56,916 nucleotides of DNA from an uncultured Bdellovibrionales bacterium (GCA_964605525.1 CAZSCV010000007.1:1-56916); one strand, 5' to 3'; shown: positions 45,216 through 55,228, counted from the stretch's first letter. Notes: generated by a model not told the origin, from the letters alone. Made by a program: numbers and translations.

Positions 45216-46154
45216 ATGAATATTGTATTAATTAGAAAAAGAGAAGCCTTTGCCAGCTTGATTTTGTTGGCAGTTTTGGTTTTACCGTTTTTCTCTTTTG
45301 CGGGAACGTCAAAAATTTATGTAGATGATAGCGCGTCCGGAACGCAGAATGGAAGCGTCCATCATCCGTACAAAACTATTACCAAGGCACTTGAAAAAGC
45401 CAATGATGATGATGAAATTCACATTGCTTCAGGGACATACAAAGAAAATATTAAAATTTCCAACAGAGTGAAAGTTTTCGGAAGCGGAATGGATAAGGTG
45501 ACAATTATTGCCAGAGATGATTCGAAAGAAGTGGTGGATATGCATGGAAAAAGTGAAATTAACGGAGTGACTATCCGCGGAGGAAAATATGGTATTGAAG
45601 TTGACAAGGATAGTAAGGCTTCAATTATTGAGTGTCGTATTTTGGATAATGACAAAGACGGAATTTCAATTGAAAGTGGAAAGGTTAATGATAAATATAA
45701 AGTTTCCATTGTAGAAAGTAAAATTGAAAAAAACGGGCGAGCGGGAATTTTTTCTCAAAAAAGAAGATTGGTGATTATTGATAACGAAATTCGTGAAAAC
45801 GAAAGTGATGGAATTGACATTGAGAAAGGATCCAGCGTGTGGATTGCGGACAATGAAGTAAAAGATAACGAGGGAAGCGGTCTTCGAGTGGTTTTGGACG
45901 GAAGCGAGATTTGGACAAAGAAAAATACTTTTTACAACAATCATCGAGAAGGAATTGAAATCAATGCTTACGGACAAGCAGGAAGAGTTGATATCAATAA
46001 ATCAAAATTGTACAAAAATGACCGAAACGGAATTGCGAAAATTCAAAGAGGGGATTTTCCTGTTTCTATTTGGGATGGAGCGACAGTTCAAAGCAATAAT
46101 CTTTTTTGGGAAAACAAGCTTACTAACGTTACGGATGCAATCCGGGTTAAATAA
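45216..46154 (+). CDS. secreted right-handed parallel beta-helix protein (pectin-lyase fold)
   Basis: Signal peptide; IYVDDS..NGS..HPYKTITKAL; G.Y.E; repeated N..DGI.I units. Confidence 0.85.
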   Translation: MNIVLIRKREAFASLILLAVLVLPFFSFAGTSKIYVDDSASGTQNGSVHHPYKTITKALEKANDDDEIHIASGTYKENIKISNRVKVFGSGMDKVTIIARDDSKEVVDMHGKSEINGVTIRGGKYGIEVDKDSKASIIECRILDNDKDGISIESGKVNDKYKVSIVESKIEKNGRAGIFSQKRRLVIIDNEIRENESDGIDIEKGSSVWIADNEVKDNEGSGLRVVLDGSEIWTKKNTFYNNHREGIEINAYGQAGRVDINKSKLYKNDRNGIAKIQRGDFPVSIWDGATVQSNNLFWENKLTNVTDAIRVK

Positions 46155-46203
46155 CGCGAAAAACCCAAGCGTGCGAGCAGTATAAAACTTTCAAATAACA
46201 ATA

Positions 46204-47346
46204 ATGAAAATAGCATTTATCGGACAAAAAGGAATTCCTGCTAAGTTTGGAGGAGTTGAAACGCATGCCCAGGAACTAGCCAGTAGGTTGGCCGGTTTTG
46301 GCAATGAAGTTGTTATTTATGTGCGTAATAATTATACTGACAAAAAAATAAAAAAATACAAAGGAGTGAAATTGATTCATCTTCCAAGTATTCCAACGAA
46401 AAACTTGGATGCCATTTCGCATACTTTTCTGGCAACAATGCACGCTATTTTTTGCGATTATGACGTTGTTCATTATCACGCAATTGGTCCTAGCTCTCTT
46501 TCTTGGATGATAAAAATTTTCAAACCGCGGACGGTTCTGGTTGCAACTTTTCATTGCCAAGACTATCTCCACAAAAAATGGAGCGCTTTTGCCAGGGCAT
46601 ATTTGCATTTTGGAGAGCGTATGGCAAACACAGTTCCGAATAAAACTATTGTTGTTAGCAAATCGCTGAAAAAATACGCTGAAAAAAAATATCACAACGC
46701 GCCGGTTTTTATTCCAAATGGAGCTGATATTAAAAATAACGAAAATATTTCCGAATTGGCCGGGTGGGATATTCGAAAAAAAGGATATATTCTTTCTATG
46801 GGGAGATTGGTCAAACACAAGGGAGTGCATTATTTGATTGAGGCATTCAAGCAATTGGAAGATACGAACAGGCTTCCGAATAATTTCAAATTGGTGATTG
46901 TTGGAGCTGGATCTTTTACTGATGATTATGTCCGTTATTTGAAAACAATAAGCCAGAGCAGAAGCAGTATAATTTTTACCGGAAATCAAACCGGAGATGC
47001 TTTATCTCAATTGCTTTCCAATGCATATCTTTTTGTCCAGCCTTCTGAATCGGAAGGGCTTTCGATTGCGCTTTTGGAAGCGATGGGAAGTGGAATTGCT
47101 CCCTTGGCGAGTGATATCGCTGAAAATATTGAAGCAATTGGAGATGCCGGATTTTCTTTTTCGAATAAAAGCGTTGAAAGTTTGAGGGATAAGCTTGCCT
47201 ATCTTATGAATAAACCAGACGAAGTCAAAAGTATGGGAGAAAAATCCCAAGAAAGAATTTCCAAAGAGTTCAGCTGGAAATCTATCGCGGAAAAAACCAA
47301 CCAGTTGTATTTGGAGCTGAGAAAGAAAAAAGAAAAAAATATGTAA
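46204..47346 (+). CDS. glycosyltransferase family 4
   Basis: MKIAFIGQKGIPAKFGGVE, SMGRLVKHKG, PSESEGLSIALLEAM. Confidence 0.93.
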   Translation: MKIAFIGQKGIPAKFGGVETHAQELASRLAGFGNEVVIYVRNNYTDKKIKKYKGVKLIHLPSIPTKNLDAISHTFLATMHAIFCDYDVVHYHAIGPSSLSWMIKIFKPRTVLVATFHCQDYLHKKWSAFARAYLHFGERMANTVPNKTIVVSKSLKKYAEKKYHNAPVFIPNGADIKNNENISELAGWDIRKKGYILSMGRLVKHKGVHYLIEAFKQLEDTNRLPNNFKLVIVGAGSFTDDYVRYLKTISQSRSSIIFTGNQTGDALSQLLSNAYLFVQPSESEGLSIALLEAMGSGIAPLASDIAENIEAIGDAGFSFSNKSVESLRDKLAYLMNKPDEVKSMGEKSQERISKEFSWKSIAEKTNQLYLELRKKKEKNM

Positions 47347-47385
47347 TTTTTTTAAATAATCAAATAGAAGACTGTCTTTGAATGT

Positions 47386-48384
47386 ATGAAAATCGGATTT
47401 TTAGAAAAAATTAAAGGAGCGGTAAAAATTGACGGATATTTTATTTTTCTGTGGATTGTTTTCGCTTTTACTGCCAGCTTTATTTTGATCGTACAATGCG
47501 TTTCTTATCAAAGTGAAATGGTGATTTTGGTTATTCCAAAAAATGAAAAAATAGCAGCATCTTCTAGCGAGGTGACTGGAAACTTGGCCGAGGTATCTGA
47601 AACTTTGTTTTTTTATGAAAAATTGTTGCGAAATAACCCGGATTTGAATGATGAATGGGAATTTCTTTCAAAGGATGAGCGGAAAAAAATGTGGAATAAT
47701 AAAATTGAAACGGTTCATGAACCTGAGAGTACGACACTGATACTGCGAATTTCCGATCGAAGCCAGGTAAAGTCAAACCTTTTCGCCAAGAAAGCGACGG
47801 ACACCTTGTTTGATCTTGCCAGCCGATATTATAACATAAAGAGTGATATTGATTTGCGTATTGTCGAAGGTCCGATAACTGAAGTGGTTTTGAATGGATG
47901 GTATTGGATTATTTTTTTAAGTTTGCTGATTGGAGCGTTTTTGTCTTGGCTGGTACAGTTATTTTTTGTATTTATTGAAAAAATGCTTTCAACCAAGCCA
48001 AGCTTGAAATTTCCAGCGATAAAAATTCCGGAAATTAAAAAAAGCGGTAAAAACCAAAAAAAGGAATTGGAAAAATTAATTGAAGGTTATGCCGAAAAAG
48101 AAACTAATTTTTTTATTGCTAAAGAGGGATTGAGATTTCGAAAAAATAATCCTCCGGAGAATCTTCCGGTAGCTTTTTCCGCCGAGATGGAAAATGGCGG
48201 TGAATTTTCTGCAGAAAATAATCAGGAGGAGGCAATTGCCGAGATGCAATTTGGCGCAAATAATGACGCATCGGAAAACAAAAAAGAAGAAGATGAAGAT
48301 GAGAATGATGCGGATGCAATTCCTGAACCGACCGCTGAAGATTTCAAAAAAAGACTCAATCAGCTTCTGAAAGGAGATTTGTAA
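47386..48384 (+). CDS. Wzz-like two-TM membrane protein with acidic tail
   Basis: TM-periplasmic domain-TM layout with IRIVEGP before TM2; in a polysaccharide context. Confidence 0.6.
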   Translation: MKIGFLEKIKGAVKIDGYFIFLWIVFAFTASFILIVQCVSYQSEMVILVIPKNEKIAASSSEVTGNLAEVSETLFFYEKLLRNNPDLNDEWEFLSKDERKKMWNNKIETVHEPESTTLILRISDRSQVKSNLFAKKATDTLFDLASRYYNIKSDIDLRIVEGPITEVVLNGWYWIIFLSLLIGAFLSWLVQLFFVFIEKMLSTKPSLKFPAIKIPEIKKSGKNQKKELEKLIEGYAEKETNFFIAKEGLRFRKNNPPENLPVAFSAEMENGGEFSAENNQEEAIAEMQFGANNDASENKKEEDEDENDADAIPEPTAEDFKKRLNQLLKGDL

Positions 48385-48432
48385 TATTTGGAAATTGGTT
48401 TTTAAGTTAACAGTTCGAGTATTGCATAAATT

Positions 48433-49776
48433 ATGAAGAAATATTCACGAAAATTTTGGGTGATTTTTTGGCTGGCAGCTGCGATTTTTTTGGCGGCGTG
48501 GTATGCTTTTTGGCAAACGCGATATAGCGATAATACCGATCAATCGCAATTTTCCGGAAAAAATAAAAATGAATTTGGCGCTTTGTATGAAGTGGCGAAT
48601 TATTTTCTGAAAAATGACAATCAGGAAAAAACCTTTTTGATTTTGTTTCAAAATAACTTGGAACTTCGTCCCGGGGGAGGATTCATTGGTTCATTTGGAG
48701 TATTTAAATTTAAGAATGGAAAGCTGACGCTTTCGCAGATTCACGATACGGGAAATTTCGATGGAAGAATTCCGGACACTGTCGAGCCTCCATATCCGAT
48801 GAAGCAAGCACTGCGCATCAATTCATGGAAATTGCGTGACTCAAATTATTCTCCTGATTTTGAAACTAACGCCAAAAAAGCGGAAGAATTTTATTATATG
48901 GGAAAGGGAGAGGAACAATTTGACGGCGTTATCGGTATTACTTCCAACGTCCTTCTGTCTTTTCTCAAAGTGACTGGTCCGATTCAAATCGAGGGTTATC
49001 CGGGAACTTATGACAGCCAAAATGCAGTGATTGCCTTGGAGCAACAAGTGGAAAAGGGATATGTTGACCAGGGCATTTCTGCCGGAGAAAGAAAAAATAT
49101 TATGAATGAATTCGGGATAGAAATCTTGAAAAGAGTTTCTGATTTGAAGGGTTCTAGAGAGTTGGAACTTTTTGGAATTATTGCAGACGATCTGAGGAGT
49201 AAGGATATTCAACTATATTTTAAGGATGATAATTTGCAGGTATTGGCAAGGGAGAATGGCTGGTCGGGAAATGTGGACAAGCAGTGGGAGGGAGATTATT
49301 TGCTGGCACTAGATGCCAATCTCGGAGCTTACAAAAGCGATTATTATATTAAGCGCAGTATGGATTATTCTGTTGATTTTTCCAAGCAAAGACCGGAGGC
49401 GACTTTGAAAATAACCTACAAACACACAGCATTACAAAAAGATTGGATGACGAAAGATTATCTGAGTTATTTGCGCATTTATGTTCCCGGAGGATCTGAG
49501 TTTATTTCGACGGAAAATACGGACAAAAATATTCAAAAGGGAGAAGAGTTTGGGAAACAATATTTTGGAGCAATTGTGAATGTTCCGCTTAATTCGGAAA
49601 AAACCGTAATATGGAAATATTATTTACCGGAAAATATTACCGCTGAAGATTATGCCCTGGAAATTCAAAAGCAATCAGGCGTAAATGATGTTCCGGTAAA
49701 AACGGAAATCGTTCAAAAAGACGGAACAAAGAAAAATTTCGAACTAAAGCTACAGGAAGGAACAATTGTCCAATAA
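48433..49776 (+). CDS. DUF4012-like membrane-anchored protein
   Basis: LILFQNNLELRPGGGFIGSFG, LRDSNYSPDF, FDGVIGI, DANLG..KSD, YLRIYVP. Confidence 0.8.
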   Translation: MKKYSRKFWVIFWLAAAIFLAAWYAFWQTRYSDNTDQSQFSGKNKNEFGALYEVANYFLKNDNQEKTFLILFQNNLELRPGGGFIGSFGVFKFKNGKLTLSQIHDTGNFDGRIPDTVEPPYPMKQALRINSWKLRDSNYSPDFETNAKKAEEFYYMGKGEEQFDGVIGITSNVLLSFLKVTGPIQIEGYPGTYDSQNAVIALEQQVEKGYVDQGISAGERKNIMNEFGIEILKRVSDLKGSRELELFGIIADDLRSKDIQLYFKDDNLQVLARENGWSGNVDKQWEGDYLLALDANLGAYKSDYYIKRSMDYSVDFSKQRPEATLKITYKHTALQKDWMTKDYLSYLRIYVPGGSEFISTENTDKNIQKGEEFGKQYFGAIVNVPLNSEKTVIWKYYLPENITAEDYALEIQKQSGVNDVPVKTEIVQKDGTKKNFELKLQEGTIVQ

Positions 49777-50000
49777 AAGGCGATCGTTTTTTATTTCTAA
49801 AAAAGCCTCAATTCAGAAAGATTTTAGATATTCTAATAGTGTCAATAAGTGGAATGTCGTGAATTTGAAAGGTAACGAAAGGGGTTTTTGGTTTAGATTT
49901 TCTTGTTAGGCATTGGGTTTTGGTAATGAATTAAAGATGTTGTATAATTAAAAATGGTTAGAGTTGTAATTGCTAGATATTAATTTTTTTTATAAATATT

Positions 50001-50942
50001 ATGAAAAAAGTTTTAATAATTGGGTCAAAAGGAATGCTTGGACAAGAATTGGTTAGAACGTTTTCTGAAGATGTAGATTATGATATTGTGGCGTGGAATA
50101 GAAAGGATATTGATATAACAGATAAGGAACAAATTAGGATGAAGGTAAAAAAAGTAAAACCTGATGTGATTATTAATGCGGCGGCATACAATGCAGTGGA
50201 TAAATGCGAGGAAGATGAAAAGGAATATGAAACGGCGAAAAATATTAATGGAAAAGCGCCAGGATATTTGGCGCAGATTGCCAAAGAAATGGGAGCCATT
50301 TTTGTGCATTATTCAACCGATTATGTTTTCGGAAAAGAAATGCCTCCGATTCCAGAGCCGACAGGTTGCACGGGCAGTTGTGCGTCTTGCGGATTGCATA
50401 ATGACTATATTCCGGAAATCGGATTTGATGAAAATGCCAAACCGGCGCCAGTGAACAAATATGGCAAGACAAAACTGATGGGAGAAAAATCGGTGCAAAA
50501 AAAAGGAGAAAAATATTATATTATTCGCCTAGCTGCTCTTTTTGGCAGACCGGCAATTTCTAAAGAGGCAAAAAAAGGATTTTTCGAAGGAATTATTGAG
50601 GGAGGGAAAAAGGGAGAAGTAAAAAAAATTGTAGACGAAGAAACTACCTGCTTTACATATGCTCCTGATTTGGCAAAAAAGACAAAAGAAGTAATTGAGT
50701 CGAAAAAGCCTTTTGGGATATATCATATTACTAATAGTGATTATGGTACATGGTATGAAGCGGCAGCAGAGTTATATGAATTAGCAAAAATAGATTCAGA
50801 GCTTATTCCTGTTTCCAGATCAGAATTTCCGCGAATCGCTAAAACGCCGTTTTTTTCTGTCCTGATTAATACCAAACTCAATCCACTGCGAAGTTACAAG
50901 GAGGCGTTGGGGGAATACTTGAAAGATAGACGTAAGTCATAA
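50001..50942 (+). CDS. rmlD: dTDP-4-dehydrorhamnose reductase with a Cys-rich insertion
   Basis: GSKGMLG, INAAAYNAVD.CE, HYSTDYVF, YGKTKLMGE, GIYHITN. Confidence 0.88.
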   Translation: MKKVLIIGSKGMLGQELVRTFSEDVDYDIVAWNRKDIDITDKEQIRMKVKKVKPDVIINAAAYNAVDKCEEDEKEYETAKNINGKAPGYLAQIAKEMGAIFVHYSTDYVFGKEMPPIPEPTGCTGSCASCGLHNDYIPEIGFDENAKPAPVNKYGKTKLMGEKSVQKKGEKYYIIRLAALFGRPAISKEAKKGFFEGIIEGGKKGEVKKIVDEETTCFTYAPDLAKKTKEVIESKKPFGIYHITNSDYGTWYEAAAELYELAKIDSELIPVSRSEFPRIAKTPFFSVLINTKLNPLRSYKEALGEYLKDRRKS

Positions 50943-50971
50943 GACGTAAGACGTAAAAAAACACAATTTAA

Positions 50972-51015
50972 AACAAGGCTTTTCCGTCGTGGCGGAAAAG
51001 CCTGTTTGTTTTGTT
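50972..51015. terminator. terminator between rmlD and the convergent small ORF
   Basis: ggcttttccg / cggaaaagcc stem flanked by A and T tracts. Confidence 0.7.
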
Positions 51016-51028
51016 TAATCCCGGCTGA

Positions 51029-51277
51029 TTATTGGATTATTGATATGAAGAATTCGATTGGAGCAAATTTGCATAGTGTTCCAAGAGATATTCCCTGGGG
51101 ATTATGAATGGTAGTTGCAGGTGATTCTAGGTTGGCAAGAATTTCCTCAGTAGAACTCTTGTTTAGAATCTTTATCACACCTGATTTGCAACGCAAGAAA
51201 TCCTTGCCGTTGCTCAATATCATGTCTCTTGCACAATCAATCAGATAGACTGATGTTAATGGTCCGGAAATGGTCAT
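51029..51277 (-). CDS. small hypothetical protein (82 aa)
   Basis: SD AGGAG before ATG; convergent on a shared terminator. Confidence 0.5.
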   Translation of the reverse strand: MTISGPLTSVYLIDCARDMILSNGKDFLRCKSGVIKILNKSSTEEILANLESPATTIHNPQGISLGTLCKFAPIEFFISIIQ

Positions 51278-51434
51278 AACAATTCTCCTGTTGTCATTGT
51301 GTTAATCTTAAGGTGCTTTTTTTTGTTGGTTTTTTATAATAATATAATATCAACCGAAAGTCAACAATTGCTGATTTTTGGCATTAATAGTATTATTAGA
51401 GTAGTTAACAATAAAACAATTTAACAATGAAACT

Positions 51435-52679
51435 ATGAAAAATCTCAAAAAACAAGATCCGAAAGTGTATAAAGCAATTCAAGGAGAAATCAAACGGCAA
51501 CAGGAAGGAATGGAGCTGATTGCCAGTGAGAATTATGTTTCTGAAGCGGTGTTGGAGGCGCTGGGAACAGTTTTTACTAACAAATATAGCGAAGGTTATC
51601 CCAAAAAAAGATATTACGGCGGACAGGAATATACCGATGTTGTTGAACAGCTGGCGATTGACCGGGCGAAAAAACTTTTCGGCGCTGAGCATATCAATGT
51701 GCAACCGCTTTCCGGCGCGCCGGCTAATATGATCGCATATAGTGCGGTTCTTGAACCCGGAGATAAAATTCTGGGAATGGATCTTTCTCACGGAGGACAT
51801 TTGACGCACGGTCATCCTGTTACTCTTTCCGCGAAGGTGTATAATTTTGTCGGATATAAAACCGGAGCGGATGGAAAGATTGATTATGACGCGTTGGAAA
51901 AAATGGCGATGGCGGAAAAGCCAAAAATGATTTTGGCGGGATTTTCTGCTTATACTCGACAACTTAATTACCGAAAATTTCAACAGATTGCCAAAAAAGT
52001 TGGGGCGATTACGATGATTGATATTGCTCATATTGCAGGACTAATTGCCGGAGGAGCGATTCCCAATCCGGTTCAATATTTTGACATTGTTACAACTACG
52101 ACGCACAAAACGCTTCGCGGTCCGCGCGGAGGAATGATTATGTGCAAAGAAAAATTTGCCAAAGCAATTGACAAAGCAACTTTTCCTGGATTTCAGGGCG
52201 GTCCACATATGAATAATATTGCCGCCAAGGCGGTGGCATTCGGCGAAGCGCTCAAGCCGTCATTTGCAAAATATGCCGCCCAGGTAATTAAAAATGCCAA
52301 GGTTTTGGAAAAAGAACTGAAAAAATATGGCTTCAAATTGATGTTTGGGGGAACGGATAACCATATGGTTTTGGTGGATGTTTTCGGATCGAAGGGCGTG
52401 AGTGGAAAAGAAGCGGAAGTAGCATTGGACAAAATCGGAATTACGCTTAATAAAAATATGATTCCGGATGATCCGCGCAGCCCGATGGATCCAAGCGGAG
52501 TGAGAATCGGTGTTCCGGCCGTAACAAGCCGCGGAATGAAAGAAAGAGAAATTGAAAAAATTGCCAAATGGATCAATGACGCAATCGAAAATCACAAAGA
52601 TGAAAAGAAATTAAAAGAAATTCACAAAGAAGTGATTGCTCTTTGTAAAAAATTTCCGATTTATAAGAATATGAAATAG
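51435..52679 (+). CDS. glyA: serine hydroxymethyltransferase
   Basis: ELIASEN, NKYSEGYP..RYYGG, GGHLTHG, TTTTHKTLRGPRGG, GTDNH. Confidence 0.98.
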   Translation: MKNLKKQDPKVYKAIQGEIKRQQEGMELIASENYVSEAVLEALGTVFTNKYSEGYPKKRYYGGQEYTDVVEQLAIDRAKKLFGAEHINVQPLSGAPANMIAYSAVLEPGDKILGMDLSHGGHLTHGHPVTLSAKVYNFVGYKTGADGKIDYDALEKMAMAEKPKMILAGFSAYTRQLNYRKFQQIAKKVGAITMIDIAHIAGLIAGGAIPNPVQYFDIVTTTTHKTLRGPRGGMIMCKEKFAKAIDKATFPGFQGGPHMNNIAAKAVAFGEALKPSFAKYAAQVIKNAKVLEKELKKYGFKLMFGGTDNHMVLVDVFGSKGVSGKEAEVALDKIGITLNKNMIPDDPRSPMDPSGVRIGVPAVTSRGMKEREIEKIAKWINDAIENHKDEKKLKEIHKEVIALCKKFPIYKNMK

Positions 52680-52713
52680 TAAATCTAGGCTTTTATTAGC
52701 TGAAAAACGCTAC

Positions 52714-54034
52714 GTAATACATCATTTAAAAACCTAAGGATGGACGATTCGATTTATCATTTAAAAATCTAAGGATACTAACCCTTAAAACTATCATTTT
52801 TTAACAATTAGATTTTTGATATTTTTTCATCTAAACTTCTCTTAATTTCTGCTGGATTTAGTCTTTCATACATCATTCTAAGTTTGTCTTTTGAGATTTC
52901 TAAAAATTCTTTGTTTTCCATTAATCTTTGATAGGGTGTTCTAGCTCGGTCATATTTTTTAACAATTTTAGTATTAACTCGTTTTTTCTCAATCAGTTTT
53001 TTGTTTGAGAGAAAAAAGTTTTTGTAAAAATCTTGTTCATTCCAATACAAATCATTCATTTTTTGGAGTTGGCATTCTTTGTCCATTCTACCATAGCCCA
53101 TTAGCTTTCTCACATGAGTGTAATTTTTCTGTTCAATGTGAGCATTATCATTTTTAGCATACGGTCTACCTCGAGTAAATTCGATATTATTCGCCAAACA
53201 ATGATTGTAGAGTTGCCAATTGATAAATTCCGATCCATTGTCCGGATCAATTCCTTTTAAAGGGAAGGGTAAACGCTTGGCAATATTCTCTAACGCCAAC
53301 TTGATGCCTTTTTGACCTTTACCCATCACCGCCTCTGAGATTGTCCACTGACTGGCAATATCCGTGTAGGTAAGCGTAAAAATGAACTCTCCAGACGCAC
53401 TAGCTCCACAGTGGGCAATTGTGTCCAACTCTCCATATTCCAGTCTTGTTTCATCCCAGCTAGAAGTTTTAATGGGAATTTGTTTTTTTAAAAGACTGCC
53501 TGGCTTAGTGGTAGAAAAAACTTTACTATGTCTAAAGGTTCTAAACTTTTCCAATCTTCTATCAATGGTGGCTGATTTAATTTTACATAACCTTTCCTTA
53601 ATTGATGTGGGGATAATTAATTCTTTAAACTTTTCCAAGACTTCAATATATTCCGGGAGCATTGGTTAAAATCTTTGCCCACAAGGATAGTCAAATATTC
53701 TCCAGATTTTTGTGAGGTAAAAAATATCAGTGACATCATATTTTTCATGTCTTTTGCGATTGATTGGATTTTTACAGGTCAGATCAATTTTAGCAGAAAG
53801 TATTTGCGTTAAATAATTTCTACTTAGCCCAGTGTTTTTACTAAGCTCATCTAAGATTACAACTTTTTGTGACTTATCCACTTTCAGATATCGACCCTTT
53901 GCCTTCCTTACTAATTCTTTTCTTGATTTTAAGCTCATTTTCATAGGAATAGCTTTAATTGTTAGCTATTCCTAAGATTAGGTTTTAAATGATAATTCGA
54001 CTAGGGACAAACTTAGGTTTTGCATGATTTACTG
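52714..54034 (-). mobile_element. insertion sequence (DDE/rve integrase-core, ISNCY/IS481-like), ends approximate
   Basis: About 55-bp imperfect terminal inverted repeats, each with two ATCATTT(A)AAAA(C/T)CTAA sites (52721, 52756; inverted at 53978-53993 and 54012-54028), enclosing a transposase. Confidence 0.8.
52808..53944 (-). pseudogene. transposase interrupted by an in-frame TAA at 53666-53668
   Basis: The two ORFs (53666-53944 and 52808-53662) share a frame: ..CGQRF*PMLPE..; DDE residues in GELD, IDPDNGSEF, NDNAHIEQKN. Confidence 0.85.
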
Positions 54035-54077
54035 CGAGTATTTTCAAATTTGAAATTGAGGTGGTATAATAAAATTT

Positions 54078-54998
54078 ATGAGTAATTATAAATATGCACA
54101 TTGTTGGGATATTCATGAAACTCCAGAGGAAACTGAGAGGGTGGTTTTGGAATTGGAAAAAGCGGTTCAGAAAAATAACACAAAGAGTGTGAAAAAAATC
54201 TTGAAAGATCCAAGTGTTCTTCGTAGTATTACTATTCGAAGAGGGCAAAATGGGAAAAATCATAAAATATTTTTGAAGTCATTTGATTTTTTGCTTGAAG
54301 ATGAATTTGGCGAAAATGAAAATGCCGCAAGTTTTTCAGTTGAAAAAATATTAGATTTTCTTCATAGGGAGGATATTCCAGAGCAAGTATTGAATTCATT
54401 GGCAATTGTTGCATTTCACGCGCAAAACAAAGAATTATTTTTCAATGTAATAGATGGAATTATTGGAAATTTTGAAAATTTCTTAGATAGAGAGGTGGTA
54501 ATTGAAGCGCAACACGATTTGGCTTCTTGGAAAAGTTTTTATGAAAAAAACAAAAAAGAAGCAATTAATATTAATAGATGGATAATTGGAGAATGTGACA
54601 AAATTGGAGCTGGCGTGTTGAGAAAAAAAACAACTTTTGGATTGGCTTATGATAAAGAGATAAAACACAAGAGCAAAGCTGAGAGTTTCAAGAAAACAGG
54701 AGAAGAACTCAAGGAAAAGTTTAACAATAAATATAATGCTTTGCGAATGGAGATGGCATATGGCGAAAGCTTGTTATTGTACGCCAAATTAAAAAGCGGA
54801 TTGCATCGAGAGAAGATATTAAGAGAGGCAAAGGATGTCACGCTCGAGGCCTTGAAATCTTCAATTAAATCAGGATATATGAAAGCAGAAATGAAGATCA
54901 GTAAACTGCTTGGTGAAATTTATCTGGAAATTGGAGATGAAAGAAAGGCGAAAAGCTATCGTAAAAGATTTGAAAAAATAGAGGATGGATATTATTGA
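54078..54998 (+). CDS. hypothetical helical protein (306 aa, possibly TPR-like)
   Basis: Long ORF; helical repeat-like C-terminus (KLLGEIYLEIGDERKAKSY). Confidence 0.7.
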   Translation: MSNYKYAHCWDIHETPEETERVVLELEKAVQKNNTKSVKKILKDPSVLRSITIRRGQNGKNHKIFLKSFDFLLEDEFGENENAASFSVEKILDFLHREDIPEQVLNSLAIVAFHAQNKELFFNVIDGIIGNFENFLDREVVIEAQHDLASWKSFYEKNKKEAININRWIIGECDKIGAGVLRKKTTFGLAYDKEIKHKSKAESFKKTGEELKEKFNNKYNALRMEMAYGESLLLYAKLKSGLHREKILREAKDVTLEALKSSIKSGYMKAEMKISKLLGEIYLEIGDERKAKSYRKRFEKIEDGYY

Positions 54999-55228
54999 GA
55001 ACTATTGACAGGGGTCAGTAGCAAGTAGTAGTATTGAAATACATTAAAAATCGAAGTAGGTTCAGCGGTAAAAAAAGTGGCGCAAGTTCGTCATGTTGCT
55101 GAATGCAGTCAACCTTTCAACAATTGGGTTTTGCCAATGAGAATAGGTTTTTATTGTGTAAAAAAATACAAATTTAGATATTTTAAATCAAGAGTTAATC
55201 TATTAATTTAATTAAGTGAGAAAAAATT

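Noticed and set aside
53660-53670. Programmed frameshift joining two transposase ORFs
   Set aside because: Both ORFs are in the same frame; it is a nonsense codon, not a shift site
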